A stretch of DNA of 63,491 nt, filler included, from Collodictyon triciliatum (GCA_043381765.1; 26 parts of 26 records of this genome joined end to end with filler, not necessarily neighbours in it), one strand, 5' to 3'. Shown: positions 38,350-51,568, counted from the first letter of the whole stretch. Notes: generated from the letters alone by a model not told the origin. Translations and numbers: made by a program.

Positions 38350-40200
38350 ACGAATGAATCGATAGTCATGTCATGGCGGACTGTCTCAATAACGCAATTC
38401 AAAGTAAATATATAGTATGTTTGTTTGGTGCCATGTTTGCTGTGTGATATTTGGACAAGTACCTTTCCTTGCGTTTTGTTGTATGTCATCATGATTGCCC
38501 GGAAGACGATGAAGCGGATGAGCAGCTGCTGCAGAAAATCATCCTCCAAGAAACGAAGAACAGACGCCGCTAAATTAGTGGTTTCATGAAATCGTGCTCC
38601 GTAAATGCTTTCGGGTTTAAAATGAAAATAATAAGCGATAGTTGATATTGTCTGATTTGATTCAAAGTAGGTGAATATGGAAATTACGTGGACTGTTCAC
38701 TGTAAAAAGATAAGGAATCATTTCCTCCTGCAGATTCTATGTGGTTGATACGAAAACAAGAAGTTAATGAAACATCGTGTCATGTGATACTGTGGAGCAA
38801 ATGATGCTTGTGATGGAAAAAGATTCTATGCAAGATGACAGGATGAAAGCATCGTCTGGTGTTTCGAGAACTGAAAAAGAAAAAAAAGCACTTGGAAGAC
38901 AGTGGCGCAGGCCTCGTACTGCTGATAAGAAACTGTGCTGACTCCCGCAATCATGAAAAATGCATGAATCGGTGCGGACAAGAAAAGCGTAAAGAGATTT
39001 CCGATGGTGTGTGAGTCTGTGTGTAATTCAAAGATGTATTTCGTTTTAGCACTGAAGCTTTACTAAAAAAAAAAAAAAAAGGAAAAAAAAAAAAAAAAAA
39101 AAAAGGGACTGCTTGTAAATTCACGCATAGAAATTAATATTTTGGACAAGGAAAACTTTCTGTGATACCAACGTTCCAGTGAAAGAAACATCCACAAACC
39201 TGGAAGGTCGGGAGGATTCGCCATGGGAGAAAACAACGAAACCAAAGGCTGCCCGAATGTGGATTGCACCTTTTTTTTTTTATGTGTGTCACGAATTGTA
39301 CTTGTATCTTGCCTGCTGCTTCACTATTCAGAGTTTGAACAATATGTAAGGGGTTGATGAGTGCAATACCTTGAAAGTGGTGCTGAATTCGCTGTCGATA
39401 ATCAAGAACATAGGCTTCCGTGTGAAAGGAACCAAGTCTTCGGGATAGAGGCAGGAGGCAGATGCATTCTCTTGGGCTGGGGCCTATGTGTCACCGATAT
39501 GACGAACATCAGCAAATATCAAAACGATGCATTCGCCTTTTTATTTTTCTCTGCTGGAACTGCTACGTTTTCGCTAATATTTTAGAGGATGTCTTGCTTG
39601 TTGAGCGATTTGTTCAGAAATGAACAAAATATGAACCTGGGCGCCTGATGTGTTGAAGTTGATTCCCCGGGTGTACAGCCCTGACTCTGTGCGGAACCGT
39701 GTGGTGTTGAGCAAAGAATACAATATTTATAGGGTTGTATGAACGCGGTTTAAAACGTTTGATGTATCGCAGAATGTACAAATATGCTATTTTTATCATA
39801 TTTATATGTTGAATTCCGCTCAAATGTCATATATAATCCAAAAAGACAAGAAGAAGAAGAAGAAAAGCGTAAAAGGATAAACAATAAGGAATAAGGGACA
39901 ATACCAGATGAACCAGTCTTTCGCATTAGATCTGCTGAAATGTGAACCAATACCACACCAGAGTCGCTTATGTCCTATTTAATTTGCAGATGAGGACGAG
40001 CCATGAAATATATTTTCATATTTTGTACATTTCATGAAAGGGAAAACAAAGAGTGAAAGGGAAAAATATACCTTAGTGATGGATGCAAGGTGCACTAAGA
40101 ATTGAGAGACCGTAGGGCGATACAGAAGGTACTTTTTTGGATTTTGTCGGCGATTTCCCAGGCGCTCCAAATCCTCCTTGTTAATTGGTCGTGTGAATCA
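38138..40200 (-). CDS. SCAI: Protein SCAI homolog, 3' part
   Basis: NPKKYLLYRPTVSQFL; GVVLVHISAD; CLYPEDLVPFTRKPMFLIIDS; FGQPLVSLFSP; GNLFTLFLSAP; FLEDDFLQQLLIRFI; YLPESVPALP..AFESH*. Confidence 0.9.
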
Positions 40201-40405
40201 AGAGTTACTTTTGTTTTGTTTTGTTTTGTTTTGTTTTGTTTTGTTTTGTTTTGTTTTGTTTTGTTTTGTTTTGTTTTGTTTTGTTTTGTTTTGTTTTGTT
40301 TTGTTNNNNNNNNNNNNNNNNNNNNNNNNNNNNNNNNNNNNNNNNNNNNTTAATTAATTAANNNNNNNNNNNNNNNNNNNNNNNNNNNNNNNNNNNNNNN
40401 NNNNN

Positions 40406-40873
40406 AATACACATATAATTCTGATATCAAGCCGAACGATATCATCCCTGGAAAACACTTTGGATACAGTTTCAGCCAATCTGAAGATGGAAGTAGACTC
40501 GTTGTCGGTGCAAATCCGTGTCAGCAAGGACAATCATGCGGCATAAAGGGTATGGACTTAATTCACAATTATGATAAGCTTAGTTCACTTAATCGCACAT
40601 ATTAATTTATTTTAGAGGAGAAAAAAGAGCAAATTTTAACTTTTTTTTAAAAAAAATAATGGAAAAAAATACACCATACCATAAGGCTCCATTTACATCT
40701 TTACGAGAGATGATAATCGATGGATAGAGTGCTACAGCACAGATTCGCCGGTCTTGGACGGCTCAGATGGGTTCGGTTTTGATGTGGCCATAGAAAACAG
40801 AACTGTCATGGTATCTGCACCATTTAATGGCGATAACGCTCGAAGTGGAGTGACCTACTTCATCGAAAAATAA
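40406..40873 (+). CDS. FG-GAP repeat protein, last two exons
   Basis: GKHFGYSFSQSEDGSRLVVGA; GSIYIFTRDDNRW..DGFGFDVAIENRTVMVSAP..SGVTYFIEK*. Confidence 0.75.
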
Positions 40874-42249
40874 AGCTACTCTCGTATAAAATATACCTTA
40901 TCAACTGCGGTCAAGTCCCCAAATATTTCGCTTGAACTAAAGCCCTTTAAAAAATTATATATAAATGCAAATTTATGTACACAATTTCCTCCTTCCTGTG
41001 GTATGGGGGTCGTTTTAAGTAGTCAATTTGTTAATTAATATATGATTATTTCGACATTGTCGAACTGAATTCTAATATATAAACAAACGAAGCATTATAC
41101 TTTAAAACATGCCTCCTTTCGATTCAGTCCCAACTCTCGCGTTTCTTTTCAACATTGTAAGACTTCAACTTTTATTCTAAAAGAATTTAGGTTGCCACCC
41201 GGCTGCGTCAGCAAAGTAAGGGAAACCTCCTCATGAAGTCGGCGTGAAGGTTCCAAAATTTGAAAATTGTTTCTCTCTAAAGCCTCATATTTCTGCCTTT
41301 AATATTGGCCAGCTGGGCTTTCGTGGGTGAAAGGTTGATGAAAGCATAGTATCTGAGATAAGAGAGTGCTGTCATTGACTTTTGTTGTCTGTCTCACATT
41401 GCCATCAAACTTCTAAATCAAGAAAATGAAATTGGGAACAATTATGAAAGAAAATTATCTGGATATCAAAAGTAATTTGAGCTGTATATCTTAGGCCTTA
41501 ATTATGGCGTATTGAGCTACATAGACATTCCATGATATTATATATTAAAAATATGGCTCATTAATTTTACCCACTCCTGTCATTTTTAGCGCAGAAGTAA
41601 TAGCCGTCAGTTGGGCTTTGTCATTCATTTTCATTTGATATATGTAAGCGCAACAGTATGAGCAAAATGAAAAGAAAGCAATGAAGATTTTTTCTCTTCC
41701 TTACGTACGCCAACTAAGGATATTGCACACCGCACATAATTGATCTTATTCCTTGGCTAGTGGTAAAAAGGCATTACTTGAAGCGCATTGTTGCTAGCGA
41801 TGGTAACTGCCATGCATTTCAGATGGTTTGGTAGCAATTTTTTTTTTGTTTCTCTTTCTGTTTCCTTACTTTGTAATCCTTAGAGACTCCATTCAACCCA
41901 TGCCAAATTAAAGAAGAAAACTGATGAACCTCAACTTTCATCTTTTTTCAATATGCATCTGGCTGTTTCATCTCGATACCAATATATATTGTTATGAGGC
42001 TTTAAAAAAAAAAAACGCACTCGGAACGGACGATGCCATTATTGCATCTTTGGGATGCTGCGCATGGAATCAGCTTCATTGCGCCAGGAAAACTTCTGCG
42101 CAGCCCCATCAGGAATGCTTCGTTGCCCGTTACAGCTTTCGCCTGAAGCACAGCCATCCGGGTATTGGAGTCTGGACGGCCCAACCGCCGCCAACACCAC
42201 GGCGCCGTGGACTGCACCAGACAGGAAGGGGAAGGGTTGCAGCAAAAAA

Positions 42250-42321
42250 TTCCGATACCGGGAATCGAACCCGGGTTGTATGGGTGAGAGCCATACGTGC
42301 TACCGACTACACCATATCGGA
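42250..42321 (-). tRNA. tRNA-Glu (CTC)
   Basis: TCCGATA/TATCGGA acceptor stem, anticodon arm TATGG-CTCTCAC-CCATA, GGTTCGATTCC T-arm, T-run downstream. Confidence 0.95.
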
Positions 42322-42645
42322 TTTTGCTGATGAGGCACAAAGGCACAGTGTAGTTAATATACTAATATTGCTTCGTTTCCCTTTGTTATTCATTTCTTTT
42401 CCAAGGCACACGCTGCGCACGATGCTTTGAGCACAGCCTTTGGCGGTGGAGATCCAGCGGTCCATCATTCCTTTTTTCTTTCTTTCTTTATTTTATAGCC
42501 GTCTATCATTCTTATTTTCGCAGAAGTGCGCTTGTTTTGCCGCTTGTTTTGCTGCTTGTTTTAGTTGGCAGGGATTCAGAGTCTGCAAGGATGTCCTGTT
42601 CACTTGACCAGCAGTCACAGGCGATCACAATAAAAGTAATTATAA

Positions 42646-42731
<86 letters not shown>

Positions 42732-43049
42732 NNNNNNNNNNNNNNNNNNNNNNNNNNNNNNNNNNNNNNNNNNNNTTAATTAATTAANNNNNNNNNNNNN
42801 NNNNNNNNNNNNNNNNNNNNNNNNNNNNNNNAGTAAAATGTTCTAATAAGATAACTGCCTCAACATCTCCCTCCTATATATCAAAGAAAAAAGATAAAGA
42901 TAAAGATAAAGATAAAGATAAAGATAAAGATAAAGATAAAGATAAAGATAAAGAAAAAGAAAAAGAAAAAGAAAAAGAAAAAGAAAAAGAAAAAGAAAAA
43001 GAAAAGAAAAAGAAAAAGAAAGGGAAAATATAGGCCGTTTAACCACATT

Positions 43050-44720
43050 ATTCTACAACATATAGCCACGCGAGCGAACCGAGGCTAGGATAGGAACGAG
43101 CTCCGTCCTCTTAATCATCCTTTTTGTGTATTCATTCCCAGTCTCATACGTCGTATTCAAACTCCGAAAACTACTTAAAGAGTATGATGTTCATGGAGGT
43201 GACCAAGACACTATCTAAGCGTTTTTCATGCTAGTTTCAATCATGAATAAATCGATATAAAAGGGAAATGAGAAAATATACCAACATTGCTATTCTATAA
43301 GCATCGATTATTTTTTTTATAAACCAAGGAGACCATATATACAGGGTTCTCTCAGCATGCTCGAAAAGGTTGACAGTTTTCCATAGGATTGAGCATATAT
43401 TATTTTCAGTTTTTTGTTTACTTTTTGAAACCTGCTTTGAACAATCTGTTGTTGGCCAAGATACCACTTCAGTTAACTGGTCTGCAATACATTCAGCGAA
43501 CAAAGTGATTCCATCTCTCTTTTAAAGTCAAAAAAATAATGTAAAGTCGGTGTTTATCTCGTTCATATGCCAATATGCGTCATCGAGTCTAAGTCCATGG
43601 GTTCATTCTTGGATAAAGCTGTGCATTCAAATACTAATCAGTTCTACCACTTGGTTTTGAACCTTTCTACTATGAAAATAAATAATAGAAAAAAAGGAAT
43701 GAATATTAATGCATTTTTTCTTTCTTTTCTGTTTCTGATTAAAGAGAGTTTGAATAACCAAAATTCACACTGCCGCAAACGTCATAATTTAAGGCATGTG
43801 ATCTTTTGCCACTCTAACTACCTCAAAGCGACAGTTATAATTATAAATTGTAGTTATTCATTAAATCTACGACGTATGATCGACGGTACACAAAATTTTC
43901 CAGCTCACTTATTCAAACACTAATGTACCTAATAAAGTTATGGAATTCCTAGATTTAGTGCAGCATCTTTCAATTTATTTGCACAGTATGAAGACAGCAC
44001 TGCTCAATGAAGGCCAGGGCCTCATAACCGTTTTCCTTCATGTTTGGAGCAATCAAAGCTCCGTAAGGGAAGCTGAGGCTAGAAAAATTGTAATGGCAAC
44101 TGATAAAGAGAATATCATCCGAGATGTCCTGTTTACTATTTACAATATCCTGTATGAACCTATGGTATTACTGGCTTTTTATCATCTATGTGTGGGTGCA
44201 AAGACAAATTTCGTCCAGCTTAAACTCATCCACAACAGCATGCCATAGTTGGGGTGTAATGCAGAACTTGGAGGATAGTGCCTCCAGTACATCAGCTTTT
44301 GTCAACCGACCACACGAATCCTGATTAGTATAAGACTGTTAAAAATATCTCTAGTGCATATATCAGTGTTAAGATGATACATACATTTGCATTCAAAATC
44401 TAGGTACAAGCGGTTCTTTTTGTTTTTAGAAAAATAAACTATCAAAAAAAAAAACCCTACACGTATGATTTTTCTTGTTTCTCTTCGAATCACACACATC
44501 TCATCGCGATGGTTCCATAGTGGAAAAATAGCCAGGGCTAATATAAAAACCATGACAAGGAATAGCTCAAAGGTTGAGCTTGTCAAGTATTCTACCTTCC
44601 GTATAACTCGGGCTACTATGACAGCTAGGTCAATCGAGCCATTCTCCAAGCATATTGGCTCAATGAGGTTCTTTGCATACTCACACTGAGATAATTCGCA
44701 CAAGGAAATGCATCATACAC
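43050..44720 (-). CDS. Multi-exon hypothetical protein, partial
   Basis: Open segments such as CELSQCEYAKNLIEPICL.. and DSCGRLTKADVLEALSSKF.. separated by intron-like AT tracts; no family recognised. Confidence 0.35.
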
Positions 44721-46808
44721 ATAAAGGAATGAAAGGATGAGTCAGTCAAATGTCTATAAAAGAAAAATAATTCAATCGATAATATCGATATGGCAAAGGT
44801 AAATAATGATGAACCTTTTCGTCATGACACCGAATTATTCCTTTTCTTTCTAAATCTTCTTTCATGGTAAAATAAATCTATACAAAAATACTTTCTTTTT
44901 CTTCTTCTTAAAAAACCAACATTCTCCCGTACGACCGGACAAAAAAAAAATCATATTTTTTTAATTTCTGAGTACGATATGGTGATTACACAAAATGAAA
45001 GGAATAAATATAACAATAATAACAACAATAACAACAACAATAAAACAACAATAAAACAACAATAAAAACAACAATAAAAACAACAATAAAAACAACAATA
45101 AAAACAACAATAAAAACAACAATAAAAACAACAATAAAAACAACAATAAAAACAACANNNNNNNNNNNNNNNNNNNNNNNNNNNNNNNNNNNNNNNNNNN
45201 NTTAATTAATTAANNNNNNNNNNNNNNNNNNNNNNNNNNNNNNNNNNNNNNNNNNNNTCCTGGATACCTCGCATCAGTCCTGACCTCCTCTATGGGTATA
45301 CCGACCATCATACCCATACCCTACCCCAAACGAACCCATTAACAGACTTCCTGAGCCAGGAGACTGCAGGCAGCTAACACCTCATGACACGTGAGTCCTG
45401 AATAGCTGGCCAATTCCACTTGCAAAACCTGCGGTAACAAAGCCAAAACTCCCGACCTTGGTTGAGAGAGACACCAGGGAGTGGAAGCTTATAGCCATAG
45501 TTTCTTTTGCAAGCAAGAGGGAGAAATTCCTTCGACAACGCCTATTGAAAAGACCCTAATACGGTCTGGAAGGAGGTGAGTCAACCATGCAGAGAAGTCC
45601 TCTTTGCACTCGACCTAGTGCTTATGAAACGAACCTCTCTTCTCTTTCCACCATCCTTTTCGACACCTTGCGCCATCAAAGCAGTATTACCCCCTCCTCA
45701 TCCAATCAATATAATCCGTCCCTTTTTTTCATACTCGCGGGACACTATCATGCGTTCCCAAAAGAAAGCCATGCATCTCTTATCAATCTACAAGGACATG
45801 TCTTTTCCCTTTTCCTCCTTCATTTGATTCCTGATTTTTCTATGACTCCTAAGTCCTTACCCACTTAGGAACTCCTGGAGTGGTAGTTACTTGAAAGATT
45901 GAAAAAAGGACTTCTGTGACTTTGCATACAATAAATATTATGGATGTGACCTTCATGTTAAATTCCATAACGAATGTGAAGACATCGAACATTTCTCTTC
46001 CCTTCATGGTTTTCGTCGCAACCTGCATGTTCTCTACTACCCCGACCCCGTGAAAAGAGATATGTGGTGAGAGGCTGATAATGGTACTCATTCTCAAGTT
46101 GTAGCTCGAACGTAAGCACAAGACCCAGACTACAGGATGCACCGCAGGATACAGTCCTTGATTACCGACTTCTTCCTCGCCACCATGAGGCGTGCATGCA
46201 TACAGTAGCTAGTGAACCTTAGGCATCAATTGGGGCATTTGGTATGACATTGTAGGAAAGAGAGGGTTCTATAATGGGTGCTCAAATTTTTATGCATTAT
46301 AAATGAATTGCACAGTAAAATTTTGTAAATTATGATGTTTTAGCTCCATCGTTCCACAATTTACCTTGTTCCAGTAGCTTGCCAATTTATGTGTTTGGAA
46401 GTACACCTTCCACAAACACAAAACTATTGACCTGTAAACGTGTTCATGTGCACCACACTAACAAATCATTCTAGCCCTTCATAAAATCACCACAATCGCG
46501 CATCCTCACGAATTGTTGATAAAAGACATAAAGTTTATGGGTAAATATGATGCTTCCTTCTGTTCTGTCAGTCCTCCTTAATCATGGATGTAAATTCTTC
46601 ATAAGTTAACCAAGCTCGGGTGGCTGATTGTTCTGCATATACTTTTTGATAATAAGGTCAAATTGCTCCTCGAAAAACAAAAAAAAAAAAAAATATACAA
46701 AGGAAGACGTTTGAAATTTGTTGCACTAAAAATTATATATGGAAGATTCCCTCAACGATATTCCATAAGGTTAGGTTGAACTGAATCCGTGCCCCAGATT
46801 TCGCCTTA

Positions 46809-47018
46809 TATGAAAAGGGGTTTAGTCCTAGCACTTGTACTCGCACTTGTACTCGCACTTGTAACTGGAAGTCTTGTATATTTGGATGAGGCAAGTCTGA
46901 CGCCTGCACATGCCAGGAGGGGCGGAATAGCTGTTAAACAAAGGGAATTCCTAATGCCATCGGTAAGACAGTTTCTCAATGAAAGCCTAAGTGAAAACAA
47001 ATCCGAACTGTATGCAGG
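46809..47018 (+). CDS. First exon of a putative secreted or membrane-anchored protein
   Basis: MKRGLVLALVLALVLALVTGSLVY.. (signal-like, includes a 12-bp tandem repeat), ending at a CAG|GTAATT donor. Confidence 0.4.
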
Positions 47019-47159
47019 TAATTATTTACACGAGTTAAAATCGCATAATGGAGTAGTGATTTTAATATGTAACTCTGCATAACTCAGATTATGTGACTTT
47101 ATGAAGTCTTCAAAAACCTATGGAGAATTGTTACACATAATAGGTTGTGGAGCTCGTTA

Positions 47160-47583
47160 TAACCGGGGTAGAAGTTGTAGTTCAGTTGGCATGGGACAGA
47201 ACATGACCTGCGCGAACGTGGTTCGAACCCCACAGGGAGCGCGGTGTGTGTGATTCCGGCCCTTTATCACGCATTCCCTGTGCCTTCCTCCTGTGCCGTC
47301 AGTTATACCCAATCCAGGGCAGCCGGGGTGTGCTTCGCCGGACAAAAGAGCACACCCCACAACTTTCGAAGAAAATGACGTCACCAGAAGAGTGCTTCCA
47401 TGGAGAGGAATGAGATACCATATCTACGCCGAGCTTTGACCCCACAAAAAGTCACCCCACAGAATTGTCCCCCCTCTATTCCATGTCTGCCCTTCTTGGA
47501 AAATCCCCCATGCCCCCCAGACACCCCTTTGTAACACCCAGGCCACAGGCCAAACCGCAGGATGCAATCCTGAGTACCGACTA
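47160..47583 (+). mobile_element. tRNA-headed structured repeat (SINE-like or LINE 5' end)
   Basis: A box TAGTTCAGTTGG (47178-47189) and B box GGTTCGAACCC (47220-47230) without a cloverleaf; body shares 28/32 nt with 18728-18759 (minus strand). Confidence 0.55.
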
Positions 47584-47924
47584 NNNNNNNNNNNNNNNNN
47601 NNNNNNNNNNNNNNNNNNNNNNNNNNNTTAATTAATTAANNNNNNNNNNNNNNNNNNNNNNNNNNNNNNNNNNNNNNNNNNNNTTTTTTTGTGTTTTTTG
47701 TGTTTTTTTGTGTTTTTTTGTGTTTTTTTGTGTTTTTTTGTGTTTTTTTGTGTTTTTTTGTGTTTTTTTGTGTTTTTTTGTGTTTTTGTTTTTTGTTTAA
47801 CGCCTTGTGCATCATTCAAGCCTCCTATTTTCCTTCGACTGAAGCCAGCAATACACACTTTTTTTCCTTCTATTTTTTCTTTGCAGGGTAGTGCAAACAA
47901 CTGAAACAACAGCCATAGGATATC

Positions 47925-49553
47925 ATGACTGGAGAGATCGTCCATGTTTTCCTGGGCCGAGAAAGCGCCGAAGTTGCCTCGCACTACTGGGAGCAAATAT
48001 GCCATGATCACAAGGTCGACTGCACAGGCACACAGTTTCCCACCTCAGGGGCCTGCAGCAACCACGAAGACGAAGCGCCGCCTGCGAGTCACTTCCGTGA
48101 AGGCCGAGACGGACGCTTCGTTGGTCGAGGTATGTATCTCCTGAGCGAGCCCAAGGGCTTTGGAAGCATTTGCGAGGCTGCCGGGGAGAAGTGTTCCTTT
48201 GGTGAGATAGGAAGCGTCGGCTCGACCTTTACGAACGGGCTTGTTTGGGGCGAGCGCTTCGAGGACGATATTGCAAATAGGTTCCAACGCATGCTTGAGG
48301 TATGTGAGCACGTTCATGGCGTTCATATGACGCACTCTGCTCTGGATGCTGCAGGCTCCGGTCTTTTTCGTCAGGCAGCTAGTCTCTTTGCCGATCTGTG
48401 TCCCGAGGCGTTGCGTACGAGCGCCACTATTCTGCCGGATGTTGTCGGAGCCTCAAAAAAGGGCGACACAGTGTCGATCTATAATGCCGGAATGACAATA
48501 GAATCTCTTGTTTATAACGTCGATCACTCTGTTTGCTTTCGCCCTGGTGCAACTAACATGGCGGCCTCTGTGATGGACGGTTGGACTGCCGGTCATCGAA
48601 GACGGATGAATCCGTCTGCATCCATGCGCAAGATTGCTACGCTGCTAATTCCTTTTCCAAGGGTTCATTTCCATACGGCATTTTCGATGCCTCTGTTATC
48701 ATCTCCCGCATCATTTGCGCAGCAGCTCTCAGCTAGGTTTCATGAGAAACAAAACTGGTCTCTAGGCATCGACTTGGATTCGTGTCCGCTGATCGCTGCG
48801 TATGCTTCGTTGGGCTCGCCTTTTCATTCCTTAGCTGACGCATCTGTATTGTCTCAGGTGTCTTTGCCATGTGCTTCAAGGTATTATCTTCCAACACCGG
48901 TTTCGTGGTCATCTGTTTGTTCATCGCCTCGTCTCAAGGAGTCTGTAAAGATGATTGTCAATCACTCTGGAATATTCAGCGTTTTTCAGAATATACAAAA
49001 TCAATTTTCATCGGCCTTTCAACGCAAAAGATATGTTAATCACTTTTTGGATGGCCCTGTGGACGAGATGTGGTTTGCAGAGGCGGAGTCGAATCTATCA
49101 GATATCATAGCAGAGTATGAGACTGCTGCTCACTCTTACGATTCGATCGATGATGAAAATGATATGGACGAAAATGGAGAAAACGAGGAAGAGGTTGCCC
49201 AAGACTTATGGACCATCTCGGGCGAAGGTGGGCATATTGATGAGGTAGAAGTCGAAGAGGATGGAAATGGTGCAGATGATGAAGAAAATGATGAAGAGAG
49301 TGATGAAGAAAATAGTGCAGATGATGAAGAAAATGATGAAGAAAATGATGAAGAAAATAGTGATGATGGCGCAGATAATGATGATGACAATGATGAAGAA
49401 AATAGCGGTGATGGTGGTGGTGATGATGATGATGATGATGATGAAAATGACGAAGAGAATGATGAAGAAAATAGTGATAGTGATGATGATGACAATGACG
49501 GAGGGAATGATAATGGCAACGAGGAAGATCGTGAAAATGCTAACGATGATTAA
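47925..49553 (+). CDS. Highly divergent beta-tubulin-like protein with long acidic C-terminal tail
   Basis: EIVHVFLG..YWEQICHDH; GRFVGRG; YNAGMTIESLV; MRKIATLLIPFPRVHF; QFSSAFQRKRYVNHF..DEMWFAEAESNLSDIIAEYE; uninterrupted 542-aa ORF. Confidence 0.85.
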   Translation: MTGEIVHVFLGRESAEVASHYWEQICHDHKVDCTGTQFPTSGACSNHEDEAPPASHFREGRDGRFVGRGMYLLSEPKGFGSICEAAGEKCSFGEIGSVGSTFTNGLVWGERFEDDIANRFQRMLEVCEHVHGVHMTHSALDAAGSGLFRQAASLFADLCPEALRTSATILPDVVGASKKGDTVSIYNAGMTIESLVYNVDHSVCFRPGATNMAASVMDGWTAGHRRRMNPSASMRKIATLLIPFPRVHFHTAFSMPLLSSPASFAQQLSARFHEKQNWSLGIDLDSCPLIAAYASLGSPFHSLADASVLSQVSLPCASRYYLPTPVSWSSVCSSPRLKESVKMIVNHSGIFSVFQNIQNQFSSAFQRKRYVNHFLDGPVDEMWFAEAESNLSDIIAEYETAAHSYDSIDDENDMDENGENEEEVAQDLWTISGEGGHIDEVEVEEDGNGADDEENDEESDEENSADDEENDEENDEENSDDGADNDDDNDEENSGDGGGDDDDDDDENDEENDEENSDSDDDDNDGGNDNGNEEDRENANDD

Positions 49554-50545
49554 AATAGATATTATGGCAGAAACAGCACGAATGGAACTTATATTGACTA
49601 GGGATTATAAAACAATCAAAAATTATAAAATAAAGTTAGTAACTACAAACACACTTGCCAAATCGCACCTTTTGAATACTTTATAAAATATAGAAAAATG
49701 AACAGGGAAAGCATTCAAAACTACTTACAGAAGAAAAATGCACTTACTTAGCAGGGGAGTAGGGTTCCTAAAGTTAAATTCTAATGCTAATATCATGATG
49801 CTACAATCATTCCCACCAAGCACAGTCCTGATGCTTGCAAAGTAGAGAGAGGGTGCATTCTGTTTTACTTAATCATATAATAATTATGGTTTCTTTTTTT
49901 CTTTTTTTCTTTTTTCTTTTTTCTTTTTTTCTTTTTTTCTTTTTTTCTTTTTTTCTTTTTTTCTTTTTTTCTTTTTTTCTTTTTTTCTTTTTTTCTTTTT
50001 TTCTTTTNNNNNNNNNNNNNNNNNNNNNNNNNNNNNNNNNNNNNNNNNNNNTTAATTAATTAANNNNNNNNNNNNNNNNNNNNNNNNNNNNNNNNNNNNN
50101 NNNNNNNGTGGATTAAAGTCGGTGTGGTTGAGAGGGTGGCGTAGTTCCTACGAAAAGGAAAGAAGAAGAAAAGGGTTGAAGATTACGTGAACATAAAAGC
50201 AAGGGGGTAAAGAGAAAGAATCGAAAACAAATAAATAATTCACATATTTACATGTGAAAAGCATAAGTCAAGGCAGAGCTGGTATTATAGTCGTAACATA
50301 AAGCACAACTCCTTGTCCCTGTGGCGCGGAAAGAGGCACAGGGATTGATTTGCTACAATTGTTTCCCCGTTTTTTTTCCCCTTCGCAGGTTATTTATGTT
50401 TTCCTTGTGATGCAACGCGATCGCCTTTGTGCTTTCACAACCGGTCAACAGAACAGCACAGTAAATCCCGTGTTAACCCTTTTAACCCCCCAAAAGCCAG
50501 TGTGCTCTTTTGCCAGAAAGTTCAGCGCGCATAGAAACAACCCAC

Positions 50546-51568
50546 ATGCAGAACCCTGTTAAGCTATTCGACGTGATCCATAATGGACGGTACACGCTCA
50601 TGAATGACATTACAGAAGTCGTCCAGATGATTCTTGTAGCCCGAGAGGTAGCTCGTCCTTTCTTCAACAACCTGTGTTATGAGAGCTAAGAAACTGATAT
50701 GATAATCGTGATTACTATTATCTAAATGACGATATTACTTTTTTTTTAAGAAAAGAATCAAAACACTACAAAAAACAAAAAAGACAGAAAATCGATAAAC
50801 TATTCCTTTAGAGTCCTTTTTGTTTTGCCATGATGTTTTTAATATTTATTTTGCTCTTCTTTTATTGTTTGTTCCCAATATTTATATCTTCAGTTATTTC
50901 TTGGGTTATTTTTTTTAAGGTTGCCTTCGCAACTATTCGAACGGTCATATTTCTTTGGGCAACTAATTGATTCATCGATATATTATAGAAATCCTTCAGG
51001 GCTGTGTTGAGGATATTAAAATTATCTACTAATCACCCTGAAAGGTTTCTAAATCGATTCACTATTTAAAACATTTTCTTTTTCTTATCGAATTTTTCTG
51101 ATTCATAAAGTGTTGCGAATATTTATTTTGATTCGAATGAATAGTCTCTGATTTTTTTTAACTGGCTTCTTTATCAGCTAATAATTCTTTCAAACCGATT
51201 GTAATTTCATAGACGTGATGCAAATATAGAACTAAAGAATTCCTTGGATGAACTCAACCATTATTACAACTATCTGCAGACGAGAATGGTTTGTAACTAG
51301 AAGGATGTGTATACTTCTCCATCATTGAGAATATCAAACATAAAACCCCATCAAGGTGAACACCTTCAAACATGCCTATTTACATGATCTGATGTTCCTT
51401 TTCAATCCAGATGATTCAGGGAGAAAAAGTAAAACTCGTACTTGAGATTACTGGATCGAACTCCATGTCCATAGAGGATTTTTTGCGTGAGGTGGATAGA
51501 TATATTAGCAGGTTTTGTAAAGAAAGGGAAGAGCTCGTACAAGCCTTTCAATCTCTTGCTCATGACTG
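50546..51568 (+). CDS. Small multi-exon hypothetical protein
   Basis: MQNPVKLFDVIHNGRYTLMNDITEVVQMILVARE|..LKNSLDELNHYYNYLQTRM..|FCKEREELVQAFQSLAHD*, with GT-AG-bounded pieces. Confidence 0.35.

Noticed and set aside
42010-42245. GC-rich segment downstream of tRNA-Glu as a hammerhead or other ncRNA
   Set aside because: Core is CTGATGG rather than CTGANGA and the stems do not fit; it may be a coding exon ending at a GT donor.
45258-46250. Possible decayed DIRS/RNase H or other element
   Set aside because: Only vague resemblance, with stops in all frames; not supportable without a search.
47280-47370. HDV-like ribozyme call
   Set aside because: A P4-like hairpin and CAA are present, but convincing P1, P2 and L3 could not be assigned by eye.
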